Origin: Eledone cirrhosa
Lineage: Eukaryota
Assembly: GCA_964016885.1 (NCBI GenBank)
Contig: OZ024747.1
Location: forward strand, 73,222,001 to 73,286,000
DNA length: 64,000 bases
Direction: 5' to 3'
Shown here: positions 1-12,809 of the stretch, in pieces
How the letters are laid out: each line of letters opens with the position of its first letter
Position numbering within the stretch: position 1 is the first letter of the stretch
Notes under the pieces: generated by a model
Seen by the model: the letters and a program-made list of their open reading frames with translations, nothing else
What the model was told of the DNA's origin: nothing
The model's database searches: none
Program-made: the position numbers and the translations under genes

Positions 1-2323
1 TGGATTTCGGTCCATACCTCGACGGCCTGCCGCGTCTCTCGAGCGAAGAGGCAGAGTCCTGCGAGGGACCAATCTCGGCTGATGAGATCGGGGATGCGCT
101 GAGCCAATGCAGCAGACGCGAATCTCCAGGTCTCGATGGTATACCTTACGAACTTTATTTAGCAATGCCGGTCTTCTTCTCCGAACTCCTCGAAGCGGTC
201 TACTGCAATTGGCAGCAGAACTGGAGAATTCCTTGTTCTGTAGCCAAAGGCGTAGTCTCGCTGGTGAGGAAGGACGAGAACAAGGGGGATAGTATAAATA
301 ATTTTCGGCCCATAACCCTGCTAAACACAGAGTTAAAGATTTTGGCCAAGGTGTTAGCAAAGAGGTTGGCGCTTGTCGTGGGTAGCCTGGTGGGAGATGC
401 GCAGACATGTGCTATCCCATCCAGGTCCATTCACGATAACCTCCACCTCATGCGATACATCATAGAGAGGGTTGGCAACAAACCCGGCTTCGGTGGGGCC
501 CTGATCAACTTGGATCAGTCTAAGGCCTTCGATAGGGTCGACCATGGTTACCTGGATGCGGTGCTAGCGGCGGCTGGGTTCGGTCCTGTTTTCAGAGGCT
601 GGATCACTGCCTTACATAGCAACCACATCTGTTCTAGGATCAAGGTGAACGGCTACATTTCGAAGCCGTTCAAAATCACACGATCCATTCGACAGGGGTG
701 CCCTCTCTCCTCCCTTCTGTACGTATTGACTCTCGAGCCTTTACTGAGGAAGTTGGAGTTGTTGCAGGGTATCCGCCTGGAACCAGGATTGAGCAAAGCG
801 GTATCGGCCTACGCCGATGACGTAACAGTAATGGTATCGACCGACTCGGAGATCGAGGCGATCGGTACCTTACTGGAGGATTACGAAAGGTTGTCAGGAG
901 CGAAACTGAACCGGGAAAAATCCATCGGGCTGCAACTCGGAACGTGGAGAGGCAGACCGATGCCTCCCGACGGTGTCATCGGACACAGGACGGAGGGCCC
1001 GGTAAAGTTGCTTGGGGTCTGGTTTGGACCGGACCTCCAGGTGGAAAAGAACTGGGACGAGGTTACGAACAAGGTGTTTGCACTAACCCAGAAATGGGCC
1101 AAGTGTAAGCTGTCCCTAAAAGGCCGGGCGGAGGTGGCGAACATTTACATAGCGTCCGTCACTTACTACCGCCTGACTGTCGTGCCTTGCACTAAGGAAA
1201 CACTCACCACCATGGAACGCATGCTCTTCCAATTTCTTTGGAAGAAGCGCCCTCCTATGGTGAGAAGATCCATCTGCTGCCAACAACCTTCGAAAGGAGG
1301 GCGGGGATGCCGCGGTTGATGATGCGTAGGCACGCATTAAGGCTACGGCACCTACAGGTATTCCTCACTGGTCAACCGGTGTGGGCTCCGTTCGTGAAAC
1401 GAGCTTTTCCGAGACTCGTCTCTCTCACCGAGCTGCAGTCCTGGGTCAAGCAAAGATCCGGAAAACTGGGAGACTGGCACACTGAGTGTGCTCAGGCGCT
1501 CAGGGCTCTCTGGCAAGCGGGCCAGGCCATCGGTGGAGAATCCACCTCATCATTCTATAGAGGGCTGGTGGCTAGCAGGGGCGATGACGCCCTTGGAGAG
1601 TCGCTGGACATGGAAGAGGACGAACTGGCCAGCCTGTTCGGTACGACTTTCGGCCCGAGACCAATGGACAACTTCCAGAAGTCACTAGCCTGGCAGTGCT
1701 ACTGGGGGGCGCCACCCGTTCGAGAGAGGCTCTACAGACACGGGCGCCCGGGCAGGGATCCCTCGAAAAAGATTTGCCCTAGATGCGTGCGTCACGAAGA
1801 AACCGTTGCGCACGCATTGGTGCAATGTCTGTGGGGCTACGCCGAACGACTGCTGTCGCGGGTGGCGCCGATTCAATTGACCGCCGAGTCCGTGATGACA
1901 ATCAAACAGCCTCCCCTCTTCACAAAGGAAGAAAAGGCGGTTTTTCTGTGCGTAATAGCCATGTTGAAAGAGGTTGTTTGGTGGACACGATTGAAAGGTC
2001 TGAGGTCAGACAACTTCCTCTCTGGCCATAGTCTGGTCTACTTCTTCCGATATCACTTCGGAAGAAGGATAAGAATGGAGAGAGAGGTGCTTGGCCACAG
2101 CCAGTTTTATGAAAGGTGGGTGATAGTGGCGAGAATGGCTCGTGTAAATGGGCCTTCTCTGTATACCATCCTTTTTCGGAGGTGTGTGCAACCCCCATTA
2201 CGTCCCCTCCCTTTTGAGGTTGTTTTCGATTATTTTCATTTTATACCCTTTTTACTCGATTGTATGTAAACTCTCCCTTTGTATTTGTCCCTTCTTTTTA
2301 TGCCTTTATGGTAAATAAAGAAA
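1..2323 (+). mobile_element. Tx1/L1-clade non-LTR retrotransposon, 3' part (RT and C-terminal Zn domain, 3' UTR), disrupted copy continuing beyond the left window edge
   Basis: Near-identical to 36773-39159. RT motifs FRPITLLN, LDQSKAFDRV, RQGCPLS, AYADD in ORF 165-1319. Compared with copy 2 it has a 1-bp deletion near 1302 (frameshift), a ~15-bp deletion near 1828 and a ~68-bp deletion near 2172 that removes the stop codon. Ends AATAAAGAAA followed by (TCTA)n. Confidence 0.95.
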
Positions 2324-2325
2324 TA

Positions 2326-2326
<1 letters not shown>

Positions 2327-2371
<45 letters not shown>
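2327..2371. repeat. (TCTA)n tract at LINE 3' junction
   Basis: Directly visible. Confidence 0.95.
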
Positions 2372-3007
2372 CGTACCAATCTATCTATATAAATTGATAG
2401 ATGTATATCGACTGATGTATCTATATTCAGCTGAGAACAAGAACAAAATAGGAAACCCAATAGCTAACCAAAGATAGATCGATACGTAGATTGAACAATT
2501 CATTGTAATTTAAGTGGATATATGATTAAATAAATTATGGAAGATAATGATTAAAGAAATTATGGCTGAAAATGATTGTAATTAACTTAAATCAATGTAA
2601 AACTACAACAATGAGCAGAGTGACAGGAGGGAGAAGGTTAAGGATAATTGGAGATTAAACCATTGTAAAAATGATTAAATAAAAAGGTAAACCAATTCAA
2701 ATATGGATATAGTGGTTCTGATTAATGTACAAGGCCAGCAATTCTGGGGAGGGGAAAGTCGATGAAGACAAACTCAGTATATTATTTCTACTTTATTTTA
2801 TCAACCTGTAAGGATGAAAGGCCATACTAATATCATCGATCTAAAACATTCACACCAAATAGACAGCAGCACCGAATGAACGATAACTGACGTTGAAATG
2901 GTAAGAAACTGTGAGGAGAGCTGGACAGCAGCTCTTCACAGAACCTCGTCACACATAAGGTAGAATTTCAAAATATAATTTAATTAATCACAACTCTTTA
3001 TTTTGCT

Positions 3008-3700
<693 letters not shown>

Positions 3701-4319
3701 TTAGGAGTGTGTTATGTACTAATACCTGAGTGTTTACACCCCATAACCTGGCTTAAATAGATTATTCTGAATATTAGTTGCTCCCCTCTCCCCCTCACAA
3801 CAACCTCTCTCTTATTCCCCTCTCTCTCCCCCTCACAACAACCTCTCTCTCATTCCCCTGTCTCTCTACCTCACAACAACCTCTCTTATCTCCCCCTCTC
3901 TCTGTGTCCCTGTGTGAATGGATGTTTAATATTTATCAGTTTATTCAATATAAGTTATGCATGTCTATGTGGAATTTCTATGTTTTCATTTGATAATAGT
4001 TCCCCTTTATGTACATGATTAACCGTGTGTATGTGTGTATGTGATTAACCGTGTGTATGTGTGTATGTGATTAAGTGTGTGTTTGTGTGTATGTGATTAA
4101 GTGTGTGCATGTGTACATATACGTGTATGTGTGTATATAATTAACAGTGTGTAACTGTGTATTTGTTTCTGTGATTAAAATTGTGTATGTTCGAATGTGC
4201 GTTTGATAAAATTGTCTGTCTAGCAACTGGAAGCTGAATCGAAACCATCTAACTCTTCTGTCAAAGGAACTGTGCTTGTATATATATGAGTCTACTTTGT
4301 ATATTTACACACACACACG

Positions 4320-4444
<125 letters not shown>

Positions 4445-4540
4445 ACACATACATATTCATACACACGTCATTCTATAACACAGCATCAATTTATTTCCGC
4501 GTGTTCGTTCGAATTTTCTTTCCGGCAACAAACAAAGAAT

Positions 4541-4640
4541 GTTTTCTAATTTAGGCACAGGGCCAGCAATTTGGTGGGGAAGGGAAAGTCGATTATATCG
4601 ACCCTAGCAATTGACTGGTACTTTATATTATCGACCCCAG
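4541..4640 (-). mobile_element. tRNA-derived SINE fragment (major family)
   Basis: Shares ggcac(a)aggccagcaatt...actggtacttta..ttatcgacccc with the other copies. A more decayed copy lies at about 2725-2823. Confidence 0.75.
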
Positions 4641-5099
4641 GTGAAGGTAAACAGAGTACAGAACACAGAATGTAAAGAGCCGTAATAATTACATAAATCC
4701 TTTTGTCCAACTTTAATTAACTTCCTGCTTGAAAATACCCACTTCAAAAGAAGTCTAAGTGCAGTAAACTGGCCACCACGTCTGACCTACCAACGGGAGG
4801 GCCTTACTGATGAGGGTCGTAATATCCAACGGAGGTTTTTAATAAGGAACCTTTCCATATTAAAAACCCCATCAGATCTACGGAAAAAAAGCAAGACGAG
4901 AAACATCAACAAAAAAACACAAAAAAAAAACGAAACCAATATTAATGGAATAGCTACTCAATCACTTGACTTCATTTTGAACTCAAACCATAAAGGGCCG
5001 CAACTCTATGCTGCAACGCATGTCCAATGTTGTATCGATACTGACAATCCACTGCCCTTGATAACAATAGTATTAACCGTTTTTGAATATCTATTACAT

Positions 5100-5420
5100 T
5101 AGGTTGTACACTGATGAACAATTACAAACACTCCTGCAATTGATAGGATTAGGAAAATGTGCCAGGAAGAATATTAATTCATTAATATAATGTCATGCTA
5201 GATAAAGAATGAGATATGGGTGGATTATAAGAATGGACAGACTCAGAAATACTTGCGAATCAATGAACTAGAAACAGCAAAACACATAAAAACAAATGAT
5301 AAGGAATTAATATTAAAGTTGCATTAGATTAATGCTTAAAAGAAAGGTAAAGTAAAAAAAGAAAATATCCATATATATTCTAGCTGTACCAGTAATTATA
5401 TTCCAAACTGGAAAGCACTC
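5100..5420 (+). pseudogene. Highly decayed non-LTR RT fragment, possibly R4/Dong-like
   Basis: Broken frames give GLGKCA, KYL(R)IN and ILAVPVI, resembling post-YxDD motifs of RLE-type elements. Judged by eye only. Confidence 0.3.
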
Positions 5421-5442
5421 AATAAAGAAATAGAGTATCATA

Positions 5443-6124
5443 ATTGTTTCTACTTTAGGCACAAGGCCAGCAGTTACTCAGTACATTACTGGTACTTTAT
5501 TTTATCGACCCCGTAAGGATGAAAGGCAAAGTTAACCTCGGCGGGATTTGAACTCAGTTCGTAAAGGGACGTAACTGTACTGCAAAGCATGGCGATAGAC
5601 CCTCTACTGATACTGCCAATCCACCCCCTTAACATGGCGATGGACCCTCTACCGATACTGCCAATCCACCCCCTTAACATGGCGATAGACCCTCTACCGA
5701 TACTGCCAATCCACCACCTTAGCATGGCGATAGACCCTCTACCGATACTGCCAATCCACCCCCTTAACATGGCGATAGATCCTCTACCGATACTGCCAAT
5801 CCACCCCCTTAACATGGCGATAGACCCTCTACCGATACTGCCAATCCACCCCCTTAACATGGCGATAGACCCTCTACCGATACTGCCAATCCACCCCCTT
5901 AACATGGCGATAGACCCTCTACCGATACTGCCAATCCACCCCCTTAACATGGCGATAGACCCTCTACCGATACTGCCAATCCACCCCCTTAACATGGCGA
6001 TAGACCCTCTACCGATACTGCCAATCCACCCCCTTAACATGGCGATAGACCCTCTACCGATACTGCCAATCCACCCCCTTAACATGGCGATAGACCCTCT
6101 ACCGATACTGCCAATCCACCGCCC
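5443..6124 (-). mobile_element. tRNA-derived SINE with tandemly amplified 5' head
   Basis: On the minus strand: A-box-like TGGCAGTATCGG, B-box GAGTTCAAATCC, core GCCTTTCATCCTTACGGGGTCGATAAAATAAAGTACCAG, tail GGCCTTGTGCCTAAAGTAGAAAC. Confidence 0.85.
5588..6124. repeat. 45-bp tandem array, ~12 copies, derived from the SINE head
   Basis: Unit CATGGCGATAGACCCTCTACCGATACTGCCAATCCACCCCCTTAA; 15-aa periodicity in the overlapping ORFs. Confidence 0.95.
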
Positions 6125-6252
6125 TAGGGTATCATAATATATATTCCTCACTAAGTGATGAGTTATCTTACAGTGGAATTTCACCTGTGTACTCACAGGA
6201 TTATCAGACAAGACAGTTTTGTCTAATATATATATACATATATATATGTATG

Positions 6253-6353
<101 letters not shown>

Positions 6354-6540
6354 TCCCATCTCATCAGTTGACAACTAGAGATATGCTGTTTCGGTTCTTT
6401 ATGATATCATCAAGAATGAAACAGTTTTAGTCCTGTTGAAGTCATTTCTCTATGCAATATATATATTTAGCACTTACTATATGGGGAGATGGCCATAATC
6501 GAACCTTGAAACCTCATGGATTACTTTTTTTCCGTGTAAG

Positions 6541-6597
<57 letters not shown>

Positions 6598-6603
6598 GTA
6601 TAC

Positions 6604-6662
<59 letters not shown>

Positions 6663-7535
6663 TATTTGTTTGTTAAAATAATCAAATTAAATTAATTCAA
6701 CAGTTAACCACACAGGAATAATAAGGCTGTTCAAAGAGCCAGAAGATTGACAAGTCGACTTTAAATATGTCTAATAGCTCTATACATCTTTTTAAATTTA
6801 ATTTTGAAAGTAGGTTTATAATTATCAATTTTGCACTATACTTTTGTAGCTGTCTCTGTGGCCTAGTTGGAGGAATCATAGACGATGGTGGTCCTCGTCT
6901 GAAGTTCGACCTTGGTCGGTAGTAGGGTTCCCGGAAACCCTTTTCAGTTTTTTTCTGTGGGATGTAAAATAAAAACTGAAAGAGATTACATGCACCTCTT
7001 GACCAGGATTGAACCCAAGACCAGGATATCCACCGTCTCAATACCTACCGCTTGACCACAGAGACAACTAAGAAAAACTTATGAAAATTTATACTTATAA
7101 ATCTACTTTCAAAATTTTCAAAACAAAATGATGTGGTGACGTTCATGTCTTTCTTAATGTTATTGTTCCTACTTAAGGTCGACGACTAAATCATTCAGGT
7201 GTTCCATAAACTATATCCCCCTTTTGTTGCTCATCTATCTAGACTATATTTTAACCTGTATTCCATGTTTCATTTCCATTGCACCTCATTTCTCCCCCAC
7301 CCCGAGGGGACTGGGTCTAAAATTATCGTTTGCCAGGAGATGAAGGGGGCCCACCTACATATAGAGCGGTATCTTTTAATTTTTATAATGATTAAATAAC
7401 ATTTTCAAAAATACATAATTGGAAGCAAAACAGTGCAATCAAATTTTTGCAGAAAAATATCTTACCTTCTCCAATAAAAAATATTATGTATTTTGCGAAG
7501 TCCAGAATAATGACCTTTGGCCTTTCACACTCACT

Positions 7536-7599
<64 letters not shown>

Positions 7600-7958
7600 T
7601 CTGCTTTGCATTGAGTACCTTACTTACTGTGGTTACCCCAGATTGAACCCGAGATAAGCATGGCCTGGCCTCAGGTAAAAGAATAATGTGTGTTTGTATA
7701 TATATATATATTTACACCACCTTCACCACTAATTGATTTGACAGATGTCTTTAACCCATTGAAACCAAACATTATTTGGTCAGTAGTTCGTGTGTACGTG
7801 TAAGTAATATATATATATATGCTTATGTGTCTGTGTCTATAGTGTCTATATATGTGTTTGCATGCATGAATGAATACACTAAGCTTTGACGGCTATTTCT
7901 GGAGTCTAGAAATAGCCGTCGAAACGGCTTGAGCTCTGCCGTCGGGGTTAAACATTTT

Positions 7959-8003
<45 letters not shown>

Positions 8004-8735
8004 GTGTGTGGGAGGGGGAATAGTTAGAAAAAGGATAGAGATTGTTGAATACATTTTCTGAATGATTGATTGATTCATTGCTTGATGGAGAGATCGATGG
8101 AGTTCGATCGACTGACTGATTGATATGATATAAAGGAGAAGTAAGGAATTGTAAAATATGTCCACAAAAAGATAGTATGAAGGGGGGGGGGGGTAGAGAA
8201 TGTGACAGAGTGAGAGGGGAAGAGAGATAGAGAGGGTGACAGAGTGAGAGTGGAGGAGAGACAGAGAGGGTGACAGAGTGAGAGTGGAGGAGAGATAGAG
8301 AGGGCGATAGAGTGAGAGGGGAGGAGAGATAGAGAGGGTGATAGAGGGAGAGTGGAAATGGAGAAGAAAGAGATAGGGAAAGAGAGAGAAAGAGAGGTTG
8401 AGAGAGAGAGAGATAGAGAGTGATAAAGATATAGGGAGATAGAGGTAGAGAGAGTATAATAGAAATATAGAGGTATGATGTGATTGGCGGATGGAGAGAG
8501 AGAGAGAGAGAGAGAGGGGAGAGAGAGGAGAGAGAGGTGAGAGAGGAGAGAGAGGAGAGAGAGGAAGAGAGAGTAAGTAGATATGAGTGAATGAGAACTA
8601 ACAAGATGTGAGAGATGTGAAATGGTGGTAGGGTGAGGAGTGATTCTGAAGTAGGTGCAGTCGAAGCAGCAAATGTGGCGGCGAGACTAAAGATAAAAGG
8701 AGCGAGGAGGTATCGATGATGTATTGATAGAAACA

Positions 8736-9930
8736 GTGGTGGTGGTGGTGGTGGTGGTGGTGGTGGTGGTGGTGGTGGTGGTGGTGATGGTGGTGGTGAT
8801 GATGGTGGTAGTGGTGGTGGTAGTGGTGGTGGTGGTGGTGGTGGTAGTGGTAGTGGTAGTGGTGGTGGTGGTAGTGGTGGTGGTGGTATTGGTGGTAGTG
8901 GTGGTGGTGGTGGTAGTGGTGATGGTGGTGGTGATGATGGTGGTGGTGGTGGTAGTGGTGGTGGTAGTGGTGGTGGTGGTGGTAGTGGTAGTGGTGGTGG
9001 TGGTAGTGGTGGTGGTGGTATTGGTGGTAGTGGTGGTGGTGGTGGTAGTGGTGATGGTGGTGGTGATGATGGTGGTGGTGGTGGTAGTGGTGGTGGTAGT
9101 GGTGGTGGTGGTGGTAGTGGTAGTGGTGGTGGTGGTAGTGGTGGTGGTGGTATTGGTGGTAGTGGTGGTGGTGGTGGTAGTGGTGATGGTGGTGGTGATG
9201 ATGGTGGTGGTGGTGGTAGTGGTGGTGGTAGTGGTGGTGGTGGTGGTGGTGGTGGTGATGGTGGTGATGGTAGTGGTGGTGGTGGTGGTGGTGGTGGTGG
9301 TGGTGGTGGTGGTGGTGATGGTGGTGGTGGTGGTGGTGGTGGTGGTGGTGGTGATGGTGGTGGTGGTGGTAGTAGTGGTGATGGTGGTGGTGGTGGTGGT
9401 GGTGGTGGTGGTGGTGGTGATGGTGGAGGGGGCGAGGGAGTAAAAGAAAGGCAGTGTAAAAGCGGCAGTGGTAATAAGAGGTAATAAAATAGAGTAGTAG
9501 TAGTAGTCGTAGTAGTGGGAGAGGGAGGAGGCAGAGGAGGAAACGAATAGAGGTAGTGGGAGTGACGCTGAAGAGTTGGCAATGTTCGGTTGTGATCACG
9601 AGGAAAGTAGTTATAGTAGTAGTGGTGGTGGTAGTGGTGGTGGTAGTGGTGGTGTTGGGGGTGGTGGTGGTGGTGGTGTTGGTGGTGGTGGCGGAGGTAA
9701 CGGTGGTGGTGGCGGTGGGAACGGAGGTGGTGGTTGTGGTGGTGGTAGTGGTGGTGTTGGGGGTGGTGTTGGGGGTGGCGGTGTTGGTGGTGGGAACGGA
9801 GGTGGTGGTTGTGGTGGTGGTAGTGGTGGTGTTGGGGTGGTGTTGGGGGTGGTGGTGGTGGTGTTGGTGGTGGGAACGGAGGTGGTGGTTGTGGTGGTGG
9901 TAGTGGTGACGGGAGTAGCGGTGGCGGTGG
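8736..9930. repeat. (GGT)n-based compound trinucleotide array
   Basis: GGT/AGT/GAT triplets. Marker GGTATTGGT recurs at 132-bp spacing (near 8887, 9019, 9151). Confidence 0.95.
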
Positions 9931-9937
9931 CAATAAT

Positions 9938-10127
9938 AATTGTTTCTACGTTAGGCACAAGGCCAGCAATTACTCCAGTGTATTACTGGTACTTTATTTT
10001 ATCGACCCCGCAAGGATGAAAGACAAAGTTAACCTCGGCGGGATTTGAACTCAGACTGTAAAGGGACGTAACTTTGCTAGAAAGCATGGCGTCCAACCCT
10101 CTACTGATACTGCCAATTCACCGCCCT
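9938..10127 (-). mobile_element. tRNA-derived SINE, near full length
   Basis: Same head, B-box, core and tail as the copy at 5443. Confidence 0.88.
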
Positions 10128-10463
10128 CTGGCGGTGGTAATAGAGGTAACGGTGGTGGTGGTGGTAGTGGTATAGTTAGAGGTGGTGGTGGTGGTGATAG
10201 TGGTAGAGGTGGTGGCGGTGGTGGTAATGGTAGTGGCGGTGGTGGATGTTTAGGGGATGTTACGGAGAGGTGTTATTATACACTAATGTGTTTATCAGCT
10301 AACACACATACACACGCACACACATATATTTACACACATATATACACATATATTTACACACTTATATATACGCATACACACACTGATTGCTGCTGCTGCT
10401 TCTACCATTATTACTCGCTATAACTCCTGTCACTGCCAACACTATCGATCTCACCTTTATTGA

Positions 10464-11175
10464 TACTGCTGCTGATGTTGCTGCTGTTGTTGTTGTTGCT
10501 GCTGTTGTTGCTGTTGTTGTTGTTGTTGCTGTTGTTGTTGCTGTTGTTGTTGTTGTTGCTGCTGATGTTGCTGCTGATGTTGCTGATGTTGCTGCTGTTG
10601 TTGCTGTTGTTGCTGCTGTTGTTGCTGCTGTTGTTGCTGCTGTTGCTGCTGATGTTGCTGCTGATGTTGCTGATGTTGCTGTTGTTGCTGCTGATGTTGC
10701 TGTTGTTGCTGCTGTTGTTGCTGCTGTTGTTGCTGCTGATGTTGCTGTTGTTGCTGATGTTGTTGCTGTTGTTGCTGCTGTTGTTGCTGATGTTGCTGCT
10801 GTTGCTGCTGTTGTTGCTGCTGTTGCTGCTGTTGTTGCTGATGTTGCTGTTGTTGCTGCTGTTGTTGCTGCTGTTGTTGCTGTTGTTGCTGTTGTTGCTG
10901 CTGATGTTGCTGTTGTTGCTGTTGCTGTTGCTGTTGTTGCTGCTGTTGTTGCTGATGTTGCTGCTGTTGCTGCTGTTGTTGCTGCTATTGCTGCTGTTGT
11001 TGCTGATGTTGCTGTTGTTGCTGCTGTTGTTGCTGCTGTTGTTGCTGCTGATGTTGCTGCTGATGTTGCTGATGTTGATGCTGATGTTGCTGTTGTTGCT
11101 GCTGATATTGCTGCTGATATTGCTGCTGATGTTGCTGTTGTTGCTGCTGCTGATGTTGTTGATGTATCTGCTGCA
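10464..11175. repeat. GTT/GCT/GAT trinucleotide array
   Basis: Directly visible. Confidence 0.95.
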
Positions 11176-11639
11176 GCTGATCAGATTTTACCAGCTGATT
11201 ATGGTGATGATGATGACGACGGCGATGATCATATTGATGATGATGAGGAAGATGGAGATATTAATGATGATGATGATGATAATAGTGGTTGTGACGATGG
11301 AGGCAGCGATGTTTACAAGTATATTCATAATGATGGTTGAGGGGGGTGTTGATGATGATGATGGCCCTACTAGTTGTGGTGGCGTTGGTAATGATGAAAA
11401 TGATGATGATGGTTATGTTAATGATAATTATGATTAGTGATGATGGTGATGATGATGATGATGATGATGATGTTTTTGTTGCTGCCGCTGGTGAAGCCCA
11501 ATCCTGCCACTGATGCTGGGGCACTAATTCCTGATCAATCAGGTTCCCAGTATCACCAATACTTCAAGGAGGGATCAAACCAAAGCCGCACATTCCTCAA
11601 CCACCATTATTGTATGTCTTAGCCCTAAAAAAATGCAGC

Positions 11640-11973
11640 TACTCTCGGGTTCTCTAATAATCGTCCCCCTCCCCGCATGTTTATTAATATTTCACACTTT
11701 TTTCCAACCCCCCTCCGCACTTATTCCACCCACCCTTATTAAATTTTGTTAATCTGTCTCCGGCGAAATATGTAAACTAAACGACTAATTCTGGCTTTTA
11801 AAATATCGCCGAAGACAACCTAGAAAAAATACCGGTTTTCCAATTCCCCACTTATTCCCCACCACCACTTACTGCAATTCCATCGCTTATTCCCCACCCC
11901 ACTTATTCCCCTCCCCCACTTATTGCAATTCCCCCGATTATTCCACCCCACTATTATTTGGGACCCGAGAATA
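11640..11973. mobile_element. MITE-like non-autonomous DNA transposon
   Basis: Imperfect terminal inverted repeats: TACTCTCGGGTTCTCTAATAAT versus revcomp TATTCTCGGGTCCCAAATAAT. TA at both ends; internal repeats of CACTTATTCCCC. Confidence 0.65.
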
Positions 11974-12236
11974 CCAACCAAATAGCATCATTCTGATGAA
12001 CTTCCTTAACACTTTCGTTAGGTTTTGTGAAAGACAGACGAGGGCCGAGATTGTGAAAGACAGACGAGGGCCGAGACCCGTATAAGGCACTTTCACTGCC
12101 ATTGATGCGACAGAGTAACCCGAGTTTTTTTAGTGGGGTTTTCAGTTTAGGTTACCCTAAAGTGCAGTCTCTTCCTGTTGAGGAAATGTTCTTATCTAAC
12201 ATTTGTTATTATCTTGTATCACATTATCATTTCTAG

Positions 12237-12452
12237 GGCGGTAGATTAGCAGTATCGGTGAAGCACCGGACATCATACTTTGCGGCATAGAGTTACTCCT
12301 CTTTACGTTCTGAATTCAAATTCCGTCATGGTTAGCTTTATCTTTCATTCTTAAGGTGTCGATAAAATAAAGTACCTGTAATGCACTGGTGACGATTTAA
12401 TCGACTGTCCCCTCCCCAAACAATTGTTGGCCTTGTGCCTATAGTAGAACCC
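12237..12452 (+). mobile_element. tRNA-derived SINE, diverged full-length copy
   Basis: GGGCGGTAGATTAGCAGTATCGG head, GAATTCAAATTCC B-box-like motif, GTCGATAAAATAAAGTACC core. A second partial core follows at about 12515-12570. Confidence 0.8.
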
Positions 12453-12642
12453 ATCATTAAATATATCTCCACATCATACTTGGTAGTATAAACTTACTAC
12501 GGTCCGCGAATAGCCTTACCTTTCGTCCTTACGGGGTCGATAAAATATAGTACCAGTAATACACTGAGGTCGCTTTAGTAGTAGTAGAAGTACTAGTAGT
12601 ATTTGTGGTTATAGTATTAGAGACAGTAACAGCAGTGGTAGC

Positions 12643-12674
<32 letters not shown>

Positions 12675-12809
12675 CAGCAGCAGTAGTGGTAGTAGTAGTA
12701 GTAGTAGTAACACATGACTAGAGCTGTAGTGGTCGCAGTAGTCAAATCAATAACAAACGGTGGCAGTGGAGAGGGTGTGCTGTGTACGAGGAAGAGCTTT
12801 TACAAAGGT

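Noticed and set aside
4807-4890. CTGATGA motif as a hammerhead core (also near 5112, 11994, 27110, 43662, 54812 and 61026)
   Set aside because: No suitably placed stem II, GAAA and stem I partner found by eye.
12026-12076. 25-bp direct duplication TGTGAAAGACAGACGAGGGCCGAGA
   Set aside because: A simple local tandem duplication with no insert between the copies, so not a target-site duplication.
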